DNA of 51,622 nucleotides from Planctomycetaceae bacterium (lineage in GTDB: Bacteria; Planctomycetota; Planctomycetia; Pirellulales; UBA1268). A program made the translations under genes and the position numbers. Under the pieces are notes generated by a model that saw only the letters and a list, made by a program, of their open reading frames with translations, did no database searches and was not told the DNA's origin. Positions within the stretch are counted from its first letter, which is position 1; every line of letters starts with the position of its first letter. The stretch lies in contig JAIXPT010000338.1 of the NCBI GenBank assembly GCA_027486095.1, forward strand, positions 1 to 51,622. The letters run 5' to 3'. This document shows, piece by piece, positions 17,139 to 25,800 of the stretch.

Positions 17139-18959
17139 ATGATCTCGATCATCATCCACGCCACGGGGGATCCCGATCTCGCCTGTGAGACGATTCGGCG
17201 GGCCACCTGCATGGCCGCGGACAATCGGCAAGTGATCGTCGTGGGGGCGGTGGATGATCTGCGCGCCCGCATGAGATCCTGCCAGCCTGGATCAGAGCTC
17301 ACCTGGGTCGCAGGGCCCAGGCTCAATCGGGCCGCAGCCGTCAATGAAGGCCTGCGCGTGGCACATGGCGAGATGATCTCGACGCTGTCCACCGGTGAAT
17401 TCCATTTCGACGATACGCTGCGCATCGTCGCCGAAGCCGCCCGGCAACACCTCTTCACCGACTGCTTCTACGGCGACGCCATGCTCACCGACGCAGCCGG
17501 CAAGCCGGTCGCCGAGTTCAACGCCTCGGCTCGACCCGAGCGGGCCCAGCGGCCCAGGCTGCGGTTGTGCCCCGCGGCCGTCTTCATCCGCCGCCATGCC
17601 CTCGACCGCATCGGCCCGCTTGATGCGTCGCTTCACGCCTGGGCCGATTACGAGCTCTGGCTGCGGCTCGCACGCGCCGGAGCCACGTTCACACATCTAC
17701 CCCGGCTGCTGGCCTCCCGGCCCACGAGCGCCGAAGATCCGGCTCCGAGCGACTTTGCCGTCATCCCGAGCCGGCATTCGCTCGACGAATTGATGCGCGT
17801 GCGCCTGGCCAGTGGGGCGTGGCCACTGTCTGCGTCCATGGTCGCCTGGTATGGCGTCACGCGGGCCCTGGCATCGGCACCTGCCACACGCAGTCGCGGC
17901 AGTCTGCGGACGGCGCTGCATCATGCGTGGGAAGCGCAGCGTCGCTTTGGTTCCGGCAGGCCGGCCTGGCTCCTGAATCAGCCGACCACCGCCGTGATCG
18001 TGCTGGCCGCCTCCACGGCCGGCAAATTCCTCTCCGAGTTTCAGGTCAAAGTCCGCAACCCGTTGAAGCTGCGCAGATTCCAGGCTGTGAGAAGCAAGAT
18101 TTTCCGGCTCCGACACCACGCGCCACGCCCGCTTTCACTCCCCCGTCACTACGCCCGCTCCCGCGTCCTCTTGTCACCGCCCTCGATCTCGATCGTCACC
18201 CCGAGCTTCAATCAAGGCCATGTCCTCGAGCAGACGATCCGCAGTGTCCTCGACCAGGGCTATCCGGCGCTCGAGTACGTGGTGCAGGACGGAGGCTCGA
18301 CCGACTCGAGCGTGGACATTCTCCGCCGATACGCCCCGCAGCTCTCATCCTGGGACTCCGCGCCAGACGGAGGACAGGCGGCGGCCATCAATCTCGGCAT
18401 GCGCCGCACATCGGGTGAGATCATGGCCTATCTCAACTCGGACGACATGCTCCTTCCCGGCAGCCTCGCCTACGTGGCCGAGTATTTCCAGAATCATCCG
18501 GAGGTGGACGTCGTCTACGGGCACAGGATTCTCATCGACGAGGATGGCCGGGAAATCGGCCGCTGGGTGCTGCCGCCGCACGACGACCATGCCATCGCGT
18601 TCAGCGACTTCATCCCGCAGGAAACGCTCTTCTGGCGGCGACGTGCGTGGGATCGAATCGGAGCGCACATCGACGAATCACTCCGATTCGCGCTGGATTG
18701 GGATCTGATCCTTCGTTTCCGTGAGGCCGGTCACGTGTTTCGCAGGCTGCCGAGATTCATCGGTGCCTTTCGTGTGTGGCCAGATCAAAAAAGCTTGTCG
18801 TCGTGGCTGCCGTGGGGCCGGCGCGAGAGCGAACGGCTCACCGCTCGGACGCTCGGCAGCACGCCATCCCGTTCGACCACGCGCCGCGAAATCCGCCGAT
18901 ATGTGCGGCACCACTGGCTCTGCGACAAGCTCTATCAGGCAGGGATGCTGCGTTATTGA
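17139..18959 (+). CDS. Tandem family-2 glycosyltransferase (degenerate N-terminal GT2-like domain + canonical C-terminal GT2 domain)
   Basis: C-terminal domain: ISIVTPSFNQG, VQDGGSTD, YLNSDDML (DxD), QETLFWRRRAWDRIG. N-terminal domain: ISIIIHATGD... and AAVFIRRHALDRIG. Confidence 0.8.
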   Translation: MISIIIHATGDPDLACETIRRATCMAADNRQVIVVGAVDDLRARMRSCQPGSELTWVAGPRLNRAAAVNEGLRVAHGEMISTLSTGEFHFDDTLRIVAEAARQHLFTDCFYGDAMLTDAAGKPVAEFNASARPERAQRPRLRLCPAAVFIRRHALDRIGPLDASLHAWADYELWLRLARAGATFTHLPRLLASRPTSAEDPAPSDFAVIPSRHSLDELMRVRLASGAWPLSASMVAWYGVTRALASAPATRSRGSLRTALHHAWEAQRRFGSGRPAWLLNQPTTAVIVLAASTAGKFLSEFQVKVRNPLKLRRFQAVRSKIFRLRHHAPRPLSLPRHYARSRVLLSPPSISIVTPSFNQGHVLEQTIRSVLDQGYPALEYVVQDGGSTDSSVDILRRYAPQLSSWDSAPDGGQAAAINLGMRRTSGEIMAYLNSDDMLLPGSLAYVAEYFQNHPEVDVVYGHRILIDEDGREIGRWVLPPHDDHAIAFSDFIPQETLFWRRRAWDRIGAHIDESLRFALDWDLILRFREAGHVFRRLPRFIGAFRVWPDQKSLSSWLPWGRRESERLTARTLGSTPSRSTTRREIRRYVRHHWLCDKLYQAGMLRY

Positions 18960-18980
18960 ACGCCCACGTTCTTCGGCGTC

Positions 18981-21461
18981 TCAACGCTTCCTGACAAAGA
19001 GCACGTCTTTCTGCTCGAGCCGCGCCGTCCGCGGATCGCGCCAGCCATCGGCCTCGTCGAAGAGTTCGAATCCGAGGCTCGTCATCTGCGCACAGATCTC
19101 GGCATAGGTCCGAGCGTCGTCATGCCCGCGAGTGAGGCTCAGCTCCAGGAACACGGCGTCGATCTTCGCGCGCAGCGTGTCTGCTGCACCTTCCAAGACA
19201 AGATGCTCGGCGAACTGGACGTCGGCCTTGAGCAGAATCGGGGCGCCCCAGTTCCTCGAGCGATCGAGCGCGTCGATCGTCGTGCAAGGGATGTGCACCC
19301 GAGCCGTCTCTCCGTGCACCTGGTCCACGGAGAGGAGCGAACTGCCGTAGAGGCTGTCCGACACGAGCAGGGTCGTCTGACCGCAACGATTCGTGACGAC
19401 CTGCTCGACCACCTCGTGGCTGGGGAGGGCATCGACATACCAGCGTCGCTGGCTCTCCGGGTAGCGGCGAAAAAGGGGCTCGCAGAGCACGAAGTGCCCG
19501 TGCGGAAACACGCTCGCCGCCATCTCGGACCACAGGCCCGTGGATGCTCCGACATCCACCACCGTGCGTGGCCGGCCGCCATTCCGTGCATAGCGCGAGA
19601 GCATCTGCCAGGCGGCATGCCGCGCCCAATACATGCCGCGCGGCGGATCCGGAGCCACGTAGTCCGAGAGCCCGTCCTCCGGCGGCCACAGTTCCTCGAA
19701 TCGTTCGTCGGCCGGGCGGCCGAGCTCCATCGATCTCCAGAGCCAGGGCTCCACGCCAGTGGCCACGAACCGCGGAGCAAGATGATCGCACGTCGCCCGG
19801 ATCTGCCGGGACATGGCTCCGGAACTGACGGCGCCCACGACCTCACGGAGCGACTGTGGCTCGTAGGAAGCCACCTCGCCCAGCCCGAATCGCCGCACGA
19901 AATCCGCCACGGCCGTAGACGGATCCCCCACCACCACGATCGGCGTCCGGATCGCGGCGAGATGAAACACGGCTCGGCTCGGCAGGCTGAGGCGAGCGAT
20001 CGCCCGCGCTTTCTGATCCGTCGGCATGCCGGTGGGCACCAGGAGAAACGGCCGGCGACGCAACTCCGCCACCAGATCATCTCCCCAGAGTGGCTCCCGC
20101 ACGACGATGCCGACCTCGGCCAGCCGCTGTCGATTTGTCCCCACCCACGAAAGCTGCGGGTTGTTGCAAAACCAATCGAGCTCGACGCCGCTGCCATCCA
20201 CGGCGTGCACCACGTGCTCGATCCATTCGGGGCTCCACGCGTTTCCGATGATCGCCCCGCGTCGGTCGGCGACGGGCTGTCGCTCGAAAGGCAGATCGAC
20301 GAGCTCTGCGGGGACAACGGGTGGCAGAAGATAGAATTTTCTGCCGAAGCGTTGCTCATACATCGTCCGCATCTGTGGTGAAATCGCGAACCGCACGTCG
20401 CTGTTTCGAATCGCCTCCTCCATCAGGCTCTCGGGGATTCCGTTGCTGACGAGAGTGTTGTCGTCCATGACGTGCAGGACGAGCCGAGTGCCGAAGAGAT
20501 GCAGCAGGGCGAGCGCCATCTGCAGATCAGTGGCGTGAAAAGGCACCACGTAAGCGCGGCGGGGAGGGGCATGCTCGAACCACTCATGGACACACCGATA
20601 CACATCCGCACGACCGAGCCCGGAGGGGAGTTTTCTCGTGATCGCCGTGGCGACATGCTCTCCCCCATACGAGCTCGTCGATTCGAGCACCGCCATGCTG
20701 CGCAGATCTGGAAACATGTATTGCAGGAGCAAGCCGGTTCCGTGGCGAGCGTTGATTTCGTCCGGACAGACGATGGCCGAGTCGCAGGCCACGGCCTGCA
20801 GCCGCGGCTCGCCGGCGGCTTGATCCGCGTTCGATGATGCGGCCGGCATCCTGGCCGACAGCGGCGCTGGCGATGGCCCGTGGGCCTGCAAGGCGCGCAT
20901 CCCCGCGATCGTCCAGCGAGGCAGATGCGGCGCAAGGCCCTGCCACGTGGTTTTTCGCCGGCCGAATATCCGCCTGGCTGCAGTGGCCTTGCCGCCTCGG
21001 GCAGCCGGGAAATCGCCCGAAAACACCTCGACTGCGGTAATCGGCAGACCGAGTTCACGGGTATCCGGGGCAGCGGCGGCCAGCGGCTGTACGACCAGCA
21101 TCAAGCGCTGACCCACGCCGTCGATCCCGTGCGCTCGCGATACGCGGCACACAAGGTCTCGCCCTGATGCGATCACGTCTCGATCCGCAAGCCGCTGGTC
21201 GTTCCAATACACCTGGAGCGGAATTTTCGACGTACAGCCACGCAGGGCGGCGGTATCGATCCGCACGACGTAATCATCGCGGGGCAGTCGCAGCCCGATC
21301 ACCGCGACGGGCTCGCTCCACCGAAACATGACACCCGCGGCGGTTTCGACAGGATGAAAATTCTGCAGCCGCCCGCCGACCGGGTCGGCGATCGTCATCC
21401 GCATGACCAGCCCCGGTTCATCGGGGAGCGTGTGCGTGTGCTGCCTTGCCGGCGGAATCAT
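18981..21461 (-). CDS. Multidomain protein: unknown N-domain + GT-B-like middle region + C-terminal FkbM-family methyltransferase
   Basis: C-terminal VVDVGASTGLWSE...FVLCEPL...NRCGQTTLLVS...TTIDAL...ILLKADVQFAEHLVLEGA is a classical FkbM layout. The middle region has Rossmann-like alternation. It starts 9 nt after the upstream FkbM gene stop. Confidence 0.7.
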   Translation of the reverse strand: MIPPARQHTHTLPDEPGLVMRMTIADPVGGRLQNFHPVETAAGVMFRWSEPVAVIGLRLPRDDYVVRIDTAALRGCTSKIPLQVYWNDQRLADRDVIASGRDLVCRVSRAHGIDGVGQRLMLVVQPLAAAAPDTRELGLPITAVEVFSGDFPAARGGKATAARRIFGRRKTTWQGLAPHLPRWTIAGMRALQAHGPSPAPLSARMPAASSNADQAAGEPRLQAVACDSAIVCPDEINARHGTGLLLQYMFPDLRSMAVLESTSSYGGEHVATAITRKLPSGLGRADVYRCVHEWFEHAPPRRAYVVPFHATDLQMALALLHLFGTRLVLHVMDDNTLVSNGIPESLMEEAIRNSDVRFAISPQMRTMYEQRFGRKFYLLPPVVPAELVDLPFERQPVADRRGAIIGNAWSPEWIEHVVHAVDGSGVELDWFCNNPQLSWVGTNRQRLAEVGIVVREPLWGDDLVAELRRRPFLLVPTGMPTDQKARAIARLSLPSRAVFHLAAIRTPIVVVGDPSTAVADFVRRFGLGEVASYEPQSLREVVGAVSSGAMSRQIRATCDHLAPRFVATGVEPWLWRSMELGRPADERFEELWPPEDGLSDYVAPDPPRGMYWARHAAWQMLSRYARNGGRPRTVVDVGASTGLWSEMAASVFPHGHFVLCEPLFRRYPESQRRWYVDALPSHEVVEQVVTNRCGQTTLLVSDSLYGSSLLSVDQVHGETARVHIPCTTIDALDRSRNWGAPILLKADVQFAEHLVLEGAADTLRAKIDAVFLELSLTRGHDDARTYAEICAQMTSLGFELFDEADGWRDPRTARLEQKDVLFVRKR

Positions 21462-21470
21462 GAACGGCCT

Positions 21471-22148
21471 TCAGAAATAGTAACCCTGGGCGAGCCGTGA
21501 TGTGCGATTGACGAAGAACACGTCCTGGGCGATCAGATTGCCGGAGTCGTCGCGATACGAGTCGGCAAGCTCGACGGGAAAGAAGCCGCGCGGCGCGAGG
21601 TGATTCATGAGGTCGAGAAGCAGTGGATTGATCCCGCCGTACGCGCGGCTCAGCCACGTCTCCAGAAGAAGGAGCTCGACTCCGGGAAGATGCCGTTCCA
21701 TCCCCTCGAGCGCGGCGAGCTCCCCGCCCTGGATATCCATTTTCACGAACTCGGGCACGGCACCGTACGAGTCGATCACCGCATCGAGTGTCGTCTGCGA
21801 CACGGAAAGCATGCGAAACAGGCCGTTGGTCTCATCGACCGGCAGAGCCGTGCTGCCAGACGCATGAATCGCCCGCCGAAACTCGACCACCGCCTCGGCT
21901 TTGCCGACCGCGACGGGATGGAGCTTCCAAGCAGGCTGTTGTGCCAACCGTGGCAGCAGCCGCTCGCGATACTCCGCATCCTCGTGGGCCAGCGGCTCGA
22001 AGAGGTGATACGTGCTGTGCGGGAAAATCTGCATCATCGCCGACGACCAGTCGCCGTTTGATGCCCCCACGTCGAAAATCACGCGGGGCGCGAAGCCCCG
22101 GTCACGAAAACGCTGCAGCCGCTCGCAATCGACCTCGGCAAATGTCAT
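21471..22148 (-). CDS. FkbM-family SAM-dependent methyltransferase
   Basis: VIFDVGASNGDWS...YHLFEPL...TTLDAVI...FVKMDIQGGELAALEG. Confidence 0.8.
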   Translation of the reverse strand: MTFAEVDCERLQRFRDRGFAPRVIFDVGASNGDWSSAMMQIFPHSTYHLFEPLAHEDAEYRERLLPRLAQQPAWKLHPVAVGKAEAVVEFRRAIHASGSTALPVDETNGLFRMLSVSQTTLDAVIDSYGAVPEFVKMDIQGGELAALEGMERHLPGVELLLLETWLSRAYGGINPLLLDLMNHLAPRGFFPVELADSYRDDSGNLIAQDVFFVNRTSRLAQGYYF

Positions 22149-22252
22149 CGGAGCCTCATTTGGCGAGCACGCCTGAACCGTACCAAGCCCGGGGAATAGC
22201 CCGGCGAGTCGGCCTCGTCAACGGCACTTCCGCTGGCTACGCCGGCGCACGG

Positions 22253-22281
22253 ATCGCAAGGGCTACGACTTGCCGCGGGTG
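22253..22281 (+). repeat. Right copy of the perfect 29-nt direct repeat
   Basis: Overlaps the 3' end (minus strand) of the YhcH-family gene (..ACTRGKS*). The flanking 2-3 nt on each side also match except for 2 positions. Confidence 0.95.
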
Positions 22282-22742
22282 CAGGCGTCGATCTCGACCT
22301 TGACGACGACCTTCACGACCTCAGCCGGTGAGTCGATGCAGCAGCACGGTGCGTGGGCGTCGTCGGGAAACAGGATCATGAACTGCCCCGCTCGCAGCGT
22401 TGCAGGCACCGCAGCGGCCGGCAGCGTAAAGAGGGCCAGATCTTTGACGGCGTCGTAGGGCTGCGTCGTGTGGGTGCATTCGTGCAGCGGTGCCCAGTAG
22501 ATCAGCTCGCCACCGCTCACGAGATACTGCACGTCGATGTAGCGACGATGAGCCTCGACCTGCATCCCGGCGACGGGCCGCGTCTGGTAGCGCTGGGCGA
22601 TGGCATACACCGCATCGCCGGCAATCTCGTGGCGGCCGACGGCGAGGTCGGGGCCTACTTGCTCGAGGAACGCGAACGCACGCGCGAGCTCCGCGTGCAG
22701 CGGGTGGTAGCGGTGCCAGAGCGGAAGGGCGTCGAGGATCAT
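22263..22742 (-). CDS. YhcH/YjgK/YiaL (DUF386, EbgC-like) family protein
   Basis: GRHEI.GD.VYAI.Q.Y.T, EAHRRYIDVQYLVSGGE, FMILFPDDAHAP and VVKVVVKV match the family. Start re-called to ATG 22742. The upstream 133 aa in the track overlap the next gene. Confidence 0.8.
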   Translation of the reverse strand: MILDALPLWHRYHPLHAELARAFAFLEQVGPDLAVGRHEIAGDAVYAIAQRYQTRPVAGMQVEAHRRYIDVQYLVSGGELIYWAPLHECTHTTQPYDAVKDLALFTLPAAAVPATLRAGQFMILFPDDAHAPCCCIDSPAEVVKVVVKVEIDACTRGKS

Positions 22743-22801
22743 GATGTGCGGGCCTTCTACACGATGAGGTTCACCCGAGCTGGAGAACGGCCGACTGGCC
22801 G

Positions 22802-25800
22802 TCACGTTCCGCCGACCACATCGACACGACGCGGCGAGTCTTTCGTCTTCCGGACTTCGGCTCTGACGTCCTGGCTCGCACCCGCCGCAATGGGCACGCG
22901 CAGCAGCAGTTTGTTGCCACCCTTCGCGAGTGGCACGGCACCGGTGTTCGCGAGATCGAGCCGCGCTGCTCCGAGCCAGGCAGCCGTGCCATCGGGCACG
23001 CCGAGCCGGAGGTCCACGGGGCCGGCTGCGTCGGCGGTGATTTCGCCCAGCAGCCACACGGAGTGGCCGGCAGACCCGCCGGGGGCGATAAGGTCGTCGA
23101 GCGGCAGCCCGCCCGCCGTCTTGGCGTAGGCCGATGTCCACCGCAGGCCCCGGCCATTCAAGATCTGCTTCTGCACCTGGTCGTCGGCCGGCACCGCGTT
23201 GGACGCGGCATTCGCAAAATCAGCCGGCGGATTCTCGAGCAGCTTCCACCGCTGGATCGTGGGCGTCGAGCGGATCGCATACGGGCCGGGCTTGCCGAGC
23301 TCCGACACGAATCGCGCGAGATCGAGGAACTCCTGCTCGGTGAGGAAAGCCGTGAGGCCCTTGGGCATCAGTGACTTCCCTTCCACCTCCTCCTCGATGT
23401 CGGCGGCCGGAATCGTGATCATCTTTCCGGTCGCGTCGCGAAGCCGCACGCGCAGGTCGTCGCGATCGACGAGGATTCCAGTGTGGACCTCGCCGGAGTC
23501 GGTGATCACGTTGCGGGTAACATACGCCTCCTTGATCGAGGCATCGGGATTGAGAATCGACGCCACGACATATTCCGGCGGCGAGATCGAGCCCACTGCC
23601 GACAGCTCGGGCCCGATGTTGCCGCCTGCCTTGGCAATCGCATGGCATTTCATGCAGGCGATCTCCGCCCGGCGAAACACCGCTTCCCCACGGGCTGGAT
23701 CCCCCTTCGCCATCACCTCCCCGGCGAGCCGCACGATCTCCTCGTGCGCAGGAGGAGCCCCGGCAGCCGCGATTCCCGCGGCCTTCGTCAGCACGTCGGC
23801 GACGGCCGGCTCAGTGCGGCCCGTGGCATACATGTGCCGGAGAAACATCTTCGCGACATCGGCCGAAGGCGGGCGGCTTGCGAGGGCCGCAGCGAGGGCC
23901 GCCGGCCCGTCGCGCCGGTCGAGGAGCGCGTCGAGCAAGTCCTTGGGCAGCTTGTCGGCGGCGACACCGGCGAGCACCTGGGCCGTGCGGGTCGCGGCGG
24001 CGGCCGCGTCGAGCTTGGCGAGCGCTGCGATCGCGAACAGCCGCACCGGTTCCGGTCGGCTCGATTCACAGAGGGATTCGATCGTGGCCCTCGCCTCGGG
24101 CGTGCCGAGCGTGGCGAGCGCGAGGATCGCCTGCCGCTGCGGCTCGCCTCCGGCCTTCTCGCCGGCGGCGAGCTCATGGAGTGCGGGCACGAGCGCAGCC
24201 TCGCGCCATGCAGCCGCAAGCTTGATCGCGGGAATCTGCTGGCCTCGATCGGGGTCCTGGAGCAGCGGCTCGAGCGGTTTCAGCTCGCCCGTCGGCTTGA
24301 TGCCCCGCTCCACCGCCGCCTGCACGAGCCCCGCGGCGATCGCGGCCCGCTGGCTGGCGGGAATCTTCGCGGGCTCGACAAACTCGGCGAACAGCCAGCC
24401 GAGTTCCTCCGGGCCGCCACGCTCGAGCAGCATCGAGACGGCTGTCCCCACGCGGTTTTCCGGCAGCCGGCCGCTTTCGAGCAGCGTCACGAGCGGCTTG
24501 GCCGAGCCCGACGCCCCGCCCGCCACGGCGGCGGGCACCCGTCGCGACAGCGTCTTGACCGTTTCGTTGAACACATACGAGAGATAGTCGTCTTGTGGCA
24601 TCACGAGCGACTCGATCGCGATGTTGAGCGCCTCCTGATCGCGAAAGAAGCTCAGCGCCCGCACCGCCTCCAGCCGGACGAGCGGATGCTCGTCGGCCAC
24701 GGCCTTCCGCAGCCGGCCATAAGCATCTCCCGCCCGTTCCCGCCAGAACGAAAGCACCCGCACGGCGGCCGCACGGGCTTTCGGCTCCGGCGACGCGAGC
24801 ACTCGATCGAGCAGAGGCTCGTTGACCACGTCCTGCGCCTGAAAGACCCAGAGTGCCTCGACGAGATGGTGCGGCAGTTCGGGGTCTTTCGCATCGAGCC
24901 CTGCGATCCATGCTTCGGTTGCCGGAATCACCTCGGCGGCCGGCCGGGCCCGCAGTTCGGCCCGGGCCCGATAACGCGTGCGATCTTCATACACCTCGAG
25001 CGCGTCGAGCAGTTTCGCGACGGGCTCGCCGGCGATCTTCGTCGGCACGACGAGCGGCCGGTCCTTCGCCTTCACCCTCCAGATTCGGCCGTGGGCATGG
25101 TCGCGATTCGGATCGCGGAGCGAGTGCTGCATGTGGCCGACGAGCGGGTTGTACCAGTCCACGAGATAGAGGCAGCCATCGGCGCCGAATTCCAGATCCA
25201 CCGGCCTGAAGTTGCGATCGTTCGACTTGAGCAGGGGATCGACCGGATCAGCCGCGAAGCCAGAGCCGTCCTCCCGCATCTTGTATTGCAAGACGCCCTG
25301 GAAGCCGATGCAGTTGTTCAGCAGATAGTTGCCCTGGGCGTCGTCGGGAAACTGCCGGCTGGACACGAACTCGCAGCCCGACGTCGGCCGCCACTGCTTT
25401 TGGAGAAACTGCTTCAGGCCGCCGTGCTTGTGGGGATAGTCGATGTCGCCGGAGAAGGCGGTGCCGAAATAGTTCGCGCCGCCCGAGGCGTCGGCCACGA
25501 AATACTGCCCCCAGCGATCGAACGTCTGCCCCCAAGGGTTTGCGAAGCCATACGACACGAACACGTCGAACTGCTCCCGCCTGCGGTCGTAGCGGAAGAT
25601 GCCGGCATTCGAGCAGCGATTCGGCCCGCGGACCGTCTCCACGGCCGTCTGGTGAAACGTGCCTTCCATCATCAGGAGGCCGCCCGCCGGGTCGCACGCA
25701 AAGGCGCCGATCGCATGATGCGAGTCGGCCGAGTCGAAGCCATCGAGCACGATCGTGCGTATGTCGGCCCGGTCGTCGCCGTCGGTGTCTTCGAGAAACA

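Noticed and set aside
16085-22252. Classical integrative element, prophage or IS as the explanation for the repeat-bracketed islet.
   Set aside because: No integrase, transposase, tRNA target or phage gene lies inside or adjacent. Only the direct repeats support mobility, so it is reported as an islet of unknown mechanism rather than a named mobile element.
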